Origin: Catajapyx aquilonaris
Taxonomy: Eukaryota
Assembly: GCA_000934665.2 (NCBI GenBank)
Contig: JYFJ02000843.1
Location: 1-64,000 of the forward strand
Reading direction: 5' to 3'
DNA: 64,000 nt
The position numbers were made by a program, and so were the translations under genes. Positions 29,301-41,200 of this stretch are shown here, one piece after another. A model generated the notes under the pieces. It was not told the DNA's origin. It was given only the letters and a program-made list of their open reading frames with translations, and did not search any database. Position 1 is the stretch's first letter. Each line of letters starts with the position of its first letter.

Positions 29301-30519
29301 TCTCTTCCGTTTCCGATGCCCCCAACCATTTTATCTGCACAACCAGCAATCCCCCATCATTTGCTATTCACTAATTTTTTTTTATAGTTAATTGCCGATT
29401 TTTTAGACCTGGTTGCTTACTGCGCCATGGCATGTTTGCTTTCATTTTGGATGTTTATGTGGTAATTGCGCCAAATGCAAGGGGAAAGTAAGTGCAAAAA
29501 AAAATTCATTGCCAAATATTTGCCGGTAAGGATTGACCTAAATTTCTGGGATTAGAAGACAAAATTTGCAACGGATGGTCATTTATCTGGTGTTTATACA
29601 GATGTCCTGAGAAGGGAATCCTGTCGCCGTTCAAGTATGAGTCGAAGTCCGGTGTGGCCGATGCGACACTGTATTCCATGTTCAAGTTTCCAAACAGCAA
29701 CAAGGTGCACTTCCAATGCGACGTGGCCATTTGTAAAGGTATGTGCCCATGATGTTATGCTGACCGTTCATTACTGAAGATGGTTCTCTTGTCAGGTGGG
29801 TGTCCGCCAATGACCTGCGATGATACTGGGGAGCCACTGCCCACAGCGCAGGCCAGGTCACTCAACACCAGGGATGGCCCACAGGATGGAGAGGAAGGAG
29901 TGCTTATGGCCAGTACGACTGTGTTTGTCGTTGAGCCTGGAGAAGGACCAGGTATGTTCAACCTTCAACACATTACTATCTGCAATATAATCTGTACAGT
30001 AAAATACTGTATGTTGGTATGGCATCTTTCCAGTAGTGATGGAAGCTCTGTGTGAGGGCCTGTACCCCAATTGGCTTCTCTGGCTGTGTATTGCTCTTGG
30101 AGTGCTCTTCCTCATCATGCTCATTATCAATATCTTCCTGTGCACGGCGCTTACGTGCTCCTGCACCAAGACGGAAGTGGTCGAGAAAGAACCAAGCGTC
30201 ATTGAAGATTATGACCCATATCGCAGTTGGCATGGGTCACAATATGGTTCCAGGTCAGTTACAGATGTCCTGTGCCATGTTCTGGGCTCGAGGCTAATGT
30301 GAAACATTTCTGTCTAGGTATTCACTGAATGGAAAGCCTGGTTACACATCAGGAGGGTCAACGATGAATTCGACCCGCTCTATGTCGTCACATAGTGACC
30401 ACTATGCCATCGTCCACTCCAGGCCTGGCTCACGCTACTCTGCGCCAGGGTCCCACAAGGGACACCATAGAGGAGGCCCAGGCTCTGCAAATGGATCACA
30501 CTATTCGTCCAAAATCTGA
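4540..30519 (+). CDS. ZP (zona pellucida)-domain type-I transmembrane protein, cuticlin/apical ECM type, about 447 aa, 10 coding exons
   Basis: Exons 4540-4623, 16417-16522, 21729-21862, 26529-26641, 27756-27868, 29033-29111, 29602-29738, 29796-29951, 30034-30253, 30318-30519. All are GT-AG and phase-consistent, totalling 1344 nt. Signal-like N-terminus (..VLRISLILFTSLLQVRC). ZP-type motifs VTATCKAGTMTIRV, FYGVIHSR..C, YCGV, YVITC, CFSFS..VQLVNDKGCP, MFKFPNSNKVHFQCDVAICKGGC. TM segment WLLWLCIALGVLFLIMLIINIFL. Cytoplasmic tail ends YSSKI*. Exon 1 (across an 11.8-kb intron) is the least certain. Confidence 0.9.
5367..5394. repeat. (CA)n microsatellite
   Basis: About 14 CA units, visible directly in ZP gene intron 1. 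Confidence 0.9.
19041..19142. mobile_element. About 100-bp Tc1/mariner-type MITE
   Basis: TA|ccgggtgaccctaaagtc ... gactttagagtcaccctg|TA. About 18-bp imperfect TIR of the CAGGGTG type with TA flanks. Confidence 0.7.
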
Positions 30520-32275
30520 CAGCAGTCGTCAGGACACAAGCTACGTTTTTTGCAAACCCGTTGGTGTTCAGACTTAAGTGGTGTGTCAATACTAAGTCTC
30601 TGAAAAAGTGTGTGCTGATTCAGACAAACACTTTGATCCCCCGACCCTGTGACCCTTCCCCCGTCCAACTCGGTTCGTGGCTTCTACTGCCCTCTCAATA
30701 GAAGTTAATCAAATTTTCTTCTAACACCCCTACACTAACATTGTAAAAAAAAAAATAGGAAGAAACAAAAAAAATCTCATTTGTTTTGCCAAATTTCATT
30801 CTTCGCTGGTCATAGTTCTGTGCAAGTGTGTGAGCAGATGTGATGTTACAAAGAACTTGTGTGAAAAAAATGAATGAGACATGGAAACATAGGTGCTGAA
30901 GTGGAAGACATTCCGTTTGGTGCTGTGAGGTGCGATTTATAACATATTTTGTACATATGATTTTATTTACTTAAAGGGCCAGAGTATTTTTGTAAGGATT
31001 CTTTTTTTTTCTTGATTGGACCATCCAAAAAAAAAAAAAACGTGTACTGTACATCTAACAAAGAACTTGATTAATACAATGATGGCGAGTGATGACCCAT
31101 ATGTTCAAGTCTATAAAATTTATTTCTAGCAATTACAGATACTCCTCCTCATCTTGCCTGCTGGCAATAATAGTTATTAAGTTACTATCCCTGGACAAGG
31201 GTAAGGACTAACAATGAACTTTGTAATGACACAAAAATTCTGATGACTAGAAAAAACAACTGCAACAAACCTGCTTCCTACGAGACCCATATTTTTTTCT
31301 TTCTTTTTTTACCTAGGAAAAGGAACTATGAAACTTCACAAACAATCCTGCTGACCAGTAAAAATTGAGATTTCTCTTATGCAAGGCAAGAGTAAAACAA
31401 CAAAAAAAACCACTAGGAAATTGTCCTTTGGAACTATCCTTCGGTCCACTTAGTGAATGTAAGTCTATAAATTAAAGTACATAAATAGGATCAAAGTTTT
31501 TTTAACCCCCCCTTTTGATGTGTGTTCCCTCTTTTACGACCCCATTTTCCACCTCGTGTGTACATCCAAAATTACCATTTTCAAGTCGTCCGAAATCCAA
31601 CAGTTGCGTCCAAGTGAGTGCTCACAATACACTCCTAACATGCCAAACCACTCTTTAAGACGATGAGACGCAACACATTGAAATTCTTTAGCACATAAAT
31701 TGACTGTCAAATGCAAACTTTGGAAGCAAATAGGAAAAAGAGTCCCATAACAATGCACACATGCAATGGGCAATTGTTACAGTACATTGCCACTTTGGTT
31801 TACGTTGTAAAAACTGCAAACTTTGCATAGATGCGTTCCAGTAAGGAATACTCCCCCCCGAGCAATATTCTCGCACACACAATGATCCTTACTCTGTTTA
31901 AACTCACCAAATCAAACAACTCAACTGCCTTGAGTTTTCACTTCCAGGCACAGAAAAAACAAGCCTACCATAACATTTTTCCTTATTTTTTTTCTTTTTT
32001 TTTCCTCCTAAGGCAAACAAAGGGATTGAGTACTCATAATCACAAAGTAAAAGGCACTGTCAATATTTTCTCCTGCAGGATCTGAACATGTTTTAAGTCA
32101 CTTGAGAAGGACCCAACATATTGCGTAGAGAGAAAAAATCAAACCTACCAATGCTTCTTGATTGTAAAAGAATTCCAGGGTACAGGTGTGAGTCGTGTCA
32201 TAGGGGGTCAATATCTTCGTCTTATTTTCCTAACATTTTTTGGAGATGTCGGGGTGGGGTAAGAGGGGCAGAAGT

Positions 32276-35200
32276 TCACAGATCCGGATATCCACTATCA
32301 TTGTCATCACAGCTCTCAGCGTTTGTATGCCCATCCAATTCCACATCAAGTCCTAGCTTTTGGCTGCATCTGGAAATCTTGCACTTTTCCAGCGCACTGT
32401 TCAACTTGCCAAGCAATTCCGGATGCATCATTTCTGCAATCAAACATGTCGTACATTAAAAACAAGTTGACATTTTGCTATGCAAGGTTAACACCAAAAA
32501 ATGAATCACTCACTGTGATCAGACTGTGCTTCAATGGCACTGCACAGCTGAAGGCAGAACCCTGGTGACAGCTGCCCCATAATGGTTCCACCCTGCGACT
32601 CAACCCCGGCTCCACCAACAGCCCTCCTGGACAGCAGTAATCCAAGGGGAACCATGAACTTGCCCATATGCTTCTTCAGCGACTCCTCCAGGAACTCAAT
32701 AGGTAACCCGTGACTTGCCCAAAACTCCAAGGCTGCTTCTAGTACTCGCCCTGCTTTCATGTGGCTCTCCTCGTCCAGCAAGGATGAGTAGTAGTCCACC
32801 ACCCGAGCAGCCTCTGTGGCAAGGCCGTCAGAGGAAGGGCTTCCTTCTGACTTCTCCACATTGGCAGCGGCCATTTCCAGCACACACTCGTCATCTTGGA
32901 GCCCAATAGGTGAGGCCAAGGCAGAGGAGAAGGGTGGAGTAGGGGTGAGCGGAGAACATCTCCCCACGGCTCCTCGGCTACTGGCACACTTGCTTCTGCC
33001 CTTCCCTCGACTCAAGGCTTGCAGTTGGTACAAAAATGCCTGAGGGTAGTGGCCCTCTAAGGTAGAAAGCTTTGCTGCTGCCTGATAGTTTTCCATTTCC
33101 AAGCACTGCATGAAACGTTATAGCAACATGTGTTACAGACAGATGTAGGGTGGACGTTACATAAAGATATGAAACTGAGGAGTAAGTTACCTTGGCCATA
33201 ATCTTAGATGCTGTGTAGCCATCAAAGAAGTACTCCATGGCAATGTGCAAAGTCGCTAACCCAAACTCTGGTTCATCCAAGGGCCTCAGTACTGGAAGCT
33301 CACATATGAGCTGGCGAAGAATCTTCTTCTGACTAGACTCAGTTGGCTAAACACAAGACAATAATTTTTAAAAGAAGCAGCAATAATTGCAGGACTGCAG
33401 CAAACAATACCCACCTCCAAAATGACATCAGGTGCAGTGGTAAGTACAGCTGGGATTCCCTTGACCTCGGTGGGCAACTCCACAGCATTCTGTACTCCAT
33501 GATGCAACCTGATGATCCTCTTGGTTGTCTTGAGCATAAACACCTTTCCGCCATCTCCACCTCTGGCATCCTCAGCTGGCGCCCTGCCTAGCTGTGCCCC
33601 AGCATTGCTACCCCAACCCCATACCCCACCGCCAGCCTCTGCCGCCAGGGTGAAGTCATAGCCACAGGCCACATGCGCCACATACACATCCAACAGAGAC
33701 GCAACTGGTTGGGGAGCCACCACCTCTTTCCTGGACCCGTTGCCCAGCTGCCCATCCAGGTTGCGTCCCCAGGTGTACACTGTGCCTTCGCCTGTCAGGA
33801 GCGCCGAATGATGCCCACCACAGCTGACTTGCACAATATCGCCTTCCACCAATGATGTGTCAACTTCGCTGGGGGTTAAGTGTGCCTCTGGGTGGGGGAT
33901 GGGCGCAGGTGGTTCATCAGCGACAGGCTCAGGTTCTGCAGAGGTAGGACTTGCAGGAAGGGGAGGGGACTCTTCCTCTGCACCCTCGGTGGGGTGCTGA
34001 TTCTGCTGCTGCTGCTGCTGCATTCGTTTCTTGCGTTGTCCTTGGGCCAACAGCCGCAGGTTCTGGGGGCTGGACCCCCATGTGTACATGTTGTTAGATG
34101 CACCCACCACCATCTGTTAAGGATGCAAACAAGGTTGGGACAAATTTACACTCAAGGTGGAATAAACACTCCTCAATAGTAACTATGAAATATCTTAATT
34201 GGAGGATCGACATCAATGGAATTTCAATGTATGTGAAGTAAGTAAAGGCTATTCACCGTATGGAAGTAGCCAGTGGCAATCATGGTGATCTTTTCTGGAA
34301 GCTGCACCACTTCTGGCTGGGTCCTCTTCATGGTGCCACCTCCTCCCAGCTGCCCAAAGAGCCCACATCCACATGAGTACACCCTCCCTTCACCATCCAC
34401 CATCACGCTGTGCCCATAACCACCCTTCACTTGCGAAACAACCTTCCCTGCAAATGCCCGCACCAGACGAGGACTTCCCAGGTTCTCAGCACGTCCGTGG
34501 CCAAGCTGCCCATGTACACCCCAACCCCAGGTGAGCAACTGCCCCTCTGCTGTCACCACAGCTGAGTGAAACTGACCACACTCCACGGACGACACTCTTC
34601 GGCCGACCAGTGCCTCCACCAGGGATGGGTATGGGCGACGACCTCCAACCCCACCCTGTCCCAGTTGACCGTACTGGTTGGACCCCCAGGCATACACCCC
34701 ACTGCCAGTCAGCGCCAAAGTGTGGTGTTTCCCACAAGAGACACTGGCCACACGCAAACGCAATGTGGGGAAAACACGCACAGGTCGTGGGGGTGCCACA
34801 CGGGCAGCCTGTGGCCCATGGCCCAGACAACCTGACGTGGTTGTGCCCCATGTGTGCAACCCATTATTGCGAACAAGGCCAGAATGAGCGTATCCAGCTG
34901 CCATGAGGGTAGGATGCTGTGGGCGCGTTGGAGTAAGGGCACCATCACCAACTCGTCTCGCACGATACAGGGGCTCCAACAGAGCTGGGTCATACCCTTG
35001 CCCTCTGCCACGGTGCCTTGCCAAAGCAAGCAGCACCATCAGGAAGGTCTCAACCATTTCTTCCAGTGGAAGGCCCTCATCCTCATCCTCCACAAAGTCG
35101 AGGATCTCCGAGTCCACTGACGCTAGGGATGACACTGATTTCTGGCGGAAGCGGGCTGCCACAAATAGGCGGGTGAACCCAGGGCGAAGGGATGGATGGG

Positions 35201-38200
35201 ACGGGTCGTACAATGTGGCCAGTCTGACCAGGGAAGGGCCATCCAGTTCGAGGAGATGGGTCTGGACAAGCTGGAGATGAAAGCGTGCTGCTTCAGGATT
35301 CAGCATCAGCCCCTGAAGAATACCTGGCTCCGTGAAACACAATACCAGGCCAGCTGAAAAGTAACAATACATTATTCTTATTCAATAATCGAGGCCAACA
35401 TTCCATTATTTCCAAACATCAGGCAGGTAGGTAGAAGCTGAGAATTTACCTGATAAAATAGCAACATGCAGTGTTTGGTTTAAAAAGGATTTTGAGTTGC
35501 TCAGATCTCCCCTTAAAACATACAGTACTACACTTTTGCATTGCCTTCTTGCTCACAAGATTCATGCCATCACAGTTACGCAAAGCATATTTGGGCACAA
35601 GTCCAGCTGCAGGGGGATTCACACTTCTACGAAAATATGCTGGCACTACACACTCACCATCAGCATTCTTCCAACTGCCATGAAGCAATCCGTCTTCCTT
35701 CTGGTCGTCAGTGGCATGAATGGCTCTCAACAGTGCATCCAACACCTCAACAAACATGCCGCGCTGGATCCCAACAAAATGCACCGCTTCCCAGCACCAC
35801 ATCTGGCTCAGCATCTTCACAGCCAAATTCTCATCATAGTGAGGGTTTTCTTCCAAAAATTTCCTAGCGAATGTAAAGAAATATTACTTACATGCTTTTC
35901 TAGCCCATTAGGCTTTGTTAAATGCACCATTCCTAACTCTAAGGACAATCATTAAAATCCTGGCTCTCAAGTCAACTTACAAGAATTGTTTGAAGAGTCC
36001 AGCTCTGGGAGAGGACGCTCGAAGGACTTGCTCTATGTAGCACAGAATGCCCAGATTTGAGATGTGAACCTTGTCCGATGGGCTGAGATCTATTCCAGAG
36101 CTGGTAAACAGGACGTGGATGTAGGTCAGCAGCTCCGCCACATGGCCAGCAGATGCAAACTTCAGGACACTCTTCAGGTGAGAGCACTGGGTGGAATGCA
36201 AATGTCACCTCAAGGAAACCAGTTGCAGGAACTAAAATTACTTACCCTGGACATCCGATACAGAGATATGGCCTGCGTGAAGTCCTTCTCGGCCAGCTTC
36301 TTGTCGGCAGCCACTTCCAGGAGATGCTGGGTGTTGAGACCAAGCATAGAACCAAGCTTGTCTGCTTGCTCCAACTTTTGTTGAAGGACCAGCTCCAGGT
36401 AGACATCGGATGGAGGCTTCCTGTTGAAGTAAGCAAAACCCCTCTTCTTTAAGAATAGTTGGGAATAAGTTCAATGAAGATCTACTATCACACCGAGAAG
36501 GCTTGTACAGCTTTTTATGCAAATTATTCTTGGATAAGGTTCTGCCACAAAAAAAGTACTGCAATACGTTGCATGTAGTATTAGCTTGAGCATATCTAAC
36601 TTCCTGCACGTAATGAGCATGGTCGAGGACCACAGAATTAAGAGCAGTGAAAGCCACGTAATTTTCCAGAGGTTAATATTCGTCTTCAATAAGTAGTCCA
36701 TTTCCTAATCCCAACAACACTGCAACCTAAAAAATATTTGTTAATAATATTCCTGTTGTCCTACTGGAAAAAAGTCAGACCTCTACATTGCGATATCAGG
36801 GGTTGAAATATTCTGATCCAAAGTGCAAAGTTTCCACTCCAATTGACTCTGCTTTCAAACATGGCTATACCCAGTAAGCAATTTGCACTCCATATTCCAG
36901 TCTGGAATGCAAACATTGCATCTGGACAAAAATTTTAACATTCGACCCCTACAATATGGTCCATTTTTTTATTTTTTTCCGTTGAGAAGCCCAGTTGACC
37001 TTATCACCATGTATAAATGTAACATTTTCAGTAGGATTACCGAGAACTTTTTCTACAATAAGTCCGCTGCCAGTAATATTGGGAACTTGCGGATGAACTT
37101 TTGAAATGGGATTACATAAAACTGTCTCATGTGGAGTCAGTAACTCCAGCACAACTGACCAATCTCATGATCAATATACACTGCATGTAGAGTAGGTATT
37201 ATCATTTCACCAATAAACATTGCATTTCATGCAAAAAAGTCATATGAATCATCTCCAGATGGTGCCAACCCATCATGGCAGTTATACCGTGTAAAATTTG
37301 TTGCCATGTCCGGAACCCACAAATGCAAGAGGAGATTTCAAATGAATGAAGCCTGTAGCAAATTCCAAGAATAACATACGAACAGACAGTAAGTGCTCAT
37401 TGATCAAGACCCTGGCGCTAACACAGGTACACGTACATACACAATCTATGCTCATGTTCCCCAATTTTATTGTCAAGACTCAAGCTAAAAAAAAACTTGG
37501 AAGACACCACTATTTCAATCCTTCATGAGAAGGCTTATTTTTTCAAAAAGATGTTTGCCACTTACTGCCATTTAAAAAGCTATGGTCATTACAAATTTAT
37601 TTAAGAATGCATATCAGGCAAATGCCAACCCCATGCAAGAGAGACAAGGACTTTGAGACGCCACTGAAACTATTTCCATATGAGAGCACCCATCACTCAA
37701 ACTGAGGATTGAAATGAGTATCTCAGAAGTGGCCATCACGGCACCCTTTACCTATCAAATTAATGAAATTAAATGTCCATTTAAAACCTTGGGTCGTGAA
37801 CATGAATTTGGGGAACACAGATCTATGCGAAACTGTGTTGTTATGATGCAGAGAACCCCATACCAAATGTGCCATGACATACTTTGCAAAAAAAAAAAAA
37901 AAGTCATCAATTCCTATATCACTTACCACAGACAGAGTCTTCTGGCAGGATGAAATGCAAACCGTAATACATTTATTCTCCTGTTACGCCCTACACTACC
38001 CTGCCCAACTACCCATGCTGCGATTAGCAACCTTTCATTATGCAAGTGTCAGATCCCATTGTAGCCCACTCCCCACATTTCAACACCCACCATTCATATC
38101 TCTCTATTATACACAAAAATTACCATTATTCAATTAGCTGAAGGTTGCCAACCGCTATTGTGTAACTATGTGGGCATTTCATGATGATCCAAATGATGGG

Positions 38201-41200
38201 AAATTGGTTAGATTTCTTTACAAGTATCAGTCTGACTGAGAAGACCTACGACAGTGGAATGCAAATTTTTTGACGTAGGTACACAATAAGTTTTTAAGAG
38301 TTCTATCATTTTAAAATAAATGTGCAAAAGGGACCAAAATATCACCCCTAGGTGTCAGACCTTTTATGGAGTGACAGGGATTACAAGTAAATTTTGCATT
38401 ATTTAAAAAATTAGACATTACAAAAATGAAGAAAAAAACGAATATGAAAGGACTTTAAATTATTTCAATTTCACCCGGTTAGTCCCTCATCATTCACGCC
38501 AACCAGCCTCTCACCCTTCCTGCAGACTACAATCAGCCTCTTCTCAACTGCGAATTAGTACTCCAAGAAATACATAGCCTAAAATTATAAGAGCGATCGT
38601 ATGTTATCAACACGTCACAATGGGTTAGGCAGGAAATACAGGATGTTGGAACATCACATGATCCCCAGCTACGCTACTAGGTCATTGCTTCCAGACCAGT
38701 GCTCATGCTGTGTTTTACCTGAGCTTGACTTCATAGATCCCCTTGTTGGTGACCAGAACGCATTCCTGGGACACCACCACCTCCACCTTCTTGTCCGACT
38801 TCTGGCCCATCACTGGGCCCTTCTCGCCCTGCATCTCCAGAGCCATCTTCTTAATGGCTTCCATTGGCGGCTGTCCCTCCCCTCCAACCCCTTCCTTCTT
38901 CTCCTCCACCGGCACAGCCACCACTGCCACCAGGTTGCGCTTGTTCTGAATTTTGTCCCCTGACCCCTGCTGTCCTTGCTGCTGCCCCTGATTAGGGGAA
39001 CAGGGAGTGGTCTTCTTGAACAGGGTTATTATTCTCTCATCTGGTGGCATGGGAAACTCCTGGATGATTGCCTCTGGGTTGCATTCAGATCCGCTGCCAT
39101 TGCCTTCCAGTTTAGACTCGCTCAGGTGGGCTGAGATAACACTCAGCTTGCGACGCTCAGTGTTGGTGGCGTAGATCAAATGGTCCGTCAGGAGGATGTC
39201 CTCGCAGTCTGGAGGTAGCTTATGAATAAAGAGAGGCACCACATCCAGCTCCATGTTGTGCACCTGCAGGTGGAGTAAAATGCCATATTAATCACTTTCA
39301 CCAGCATACTTATGTTAGCCATTAAACGTAACTGTTTAAAAATACGCAGATTCATTCCAAAAAACTACTAGCTAAAAGGGATATTTCTATTGGAACACCC
39401 TGTACACGTTAATATAGATACACAATTTGAACATTTTTACTTAATAACTCAAGGGAATGCGAATCAAAGAGTTATCAGTAAGAACATATCAAACTGTGAC
39501 AGAACCACAAAAAAATTAGTTAACTTACTGTAAGAATGCTAGATGGGATGTAGTAGCCAGAGAAAACATGTTGACTCCGTGCAAACTGTGGGTGGATTTG
39601 TGTTTCTCCAACATAAGCAATAAGTCTCTCTGGACACAAGGGACATGCACGAGGTCCATCATCACCCGAATACCTCTCGTCATCTACTGTTGGAAAGAGA
39701 AAACATATTGTTATTCTAGGCTACAAGTACTGACAAGGACACTGACAGTGAGTGATACCCAATATTTGAATACAAATCAATTTACTACAAATCAAATTAT
39801 TTCTACACAAAATTGCACACTGAATGACCTCAAGTAGGAGCAAATAATTTCACTGGAACTTAATGCGGGACAGATCTGAACAATTTTTGCAATTAACACG
39901 ACCTTTCATACAATCTGATTGGAAAATGACTTATGACACACACTTTTTCACTAGCTAACATTGTAGTGATTAGTATACCGTGAAACTCAATGGCTTGCCT
40001 CACCTTTTATGTCAGGTATCCTGGTCCTTCCACCTTTCCTGGTCTCAGCCAACCGCTGCCTGAGACTAGCAATTTTCTCTGCTGACAGCTGCTTCAGCCC
40101 CTGCAACCTAGTTCGCACTGTGGACCCATTGGAGCGATGGTCTGCCACCAGGTCCGGACCTCCTCCGCCAACTTCCTCATTGCATCCAACCTTGACACAA
40201 GTGTGCCTGAATGGACGTACATATTGCTTGCTCTGTTGCTCTAATAGTAAGCGCCACTGCTCCCGGTTCGTTCCAGTTATCTTCAAAGAGACAAGTGCAT
40301 TTTGTAAAAATAAAGTTAAGATTTTCTAAAAAGTGTACAGTATTACATTATTACAATGTAAAGAATTCAATATGAGCAAATATCAATAAGCACATAGGAA
40401 TAAAAGAGGAAACTAAGCATGCGGAATGATTGGTCACAGCTTAACGGCGCCGGATACCTAAGTGATTTTTCAGAATCACTTTCAAAGTTTGGCAGACTCA
40501 TGAGTGCAGCGTTCTCTTTGCATCGCCGATGCGGGCGTCTCGCTGGAGGTATGGACCTGAAATTTTCAGAGCATGGCAAGGAAGGGCCAATTGAGCCCCC
40601 GAAGAAGTGTCGATCCATTAGAATAAAAATTGCGAGATCTATAGGAGGAGGAGTTTTTGAAAAACGGCCCACAACATCTTGGCTCCGGATTCGAATTGGG
40701 AAAATATCTCAATAGTCATCGATGGCAAATGTTGTCTTCTCTTACTCCCCCAAAGCGTGATTAATTTGAGCTATTGGTTTTTGCATGAAGCTATTTAAAC
40801 GGTTTCACCACCTCACCTTGTAAAATCGGAGGAGAACTTCAAACGTAGAACAGTTGGTTCCCTGTCCAGGTTTCCCAGGTTCGGACTAAATAATTTAAAA
40901 AGCGCATGGGCAACAGGGAACCAACTGTTCTGTTTTGGAAGTACTCCGTCCGATTTTACGACCCGGTGAGGTGGTAAAACGGTTTAAATAGCTGTGCAAA
41001 AACCAATTGCCCAAATTAATCGCACTTTGGAGGAGTAAGCGAGGACAACTGGCCATCGATGACCATCGAGATATTTCCCAAATTCGAATCTGGAGCCAAG
41101 ATGTTGTGAGCCAACTCCTCCCCCTGTAGATCTCGCAATTTTTATTATAATGGATCGAAACTCCATCGGGGGCTCAATTGGCCCTTCCTCGCCACGCTCT

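Noticed and set aside
35450..35606. Open frame starting AGLV in claret intron 8, mimicking the start of exon 9
   Set aside because: Its good donor (ag|gtaaat) is phase 2 while exon 9 needs phase 1, and exons 8 and 9 join cleanly without it.
38505..38578. Exon-like segment with AG/GT borders in claret intron 5
   Set aside because: Stops occur in all three frames; it could only be a poison exon and nothing supports that.
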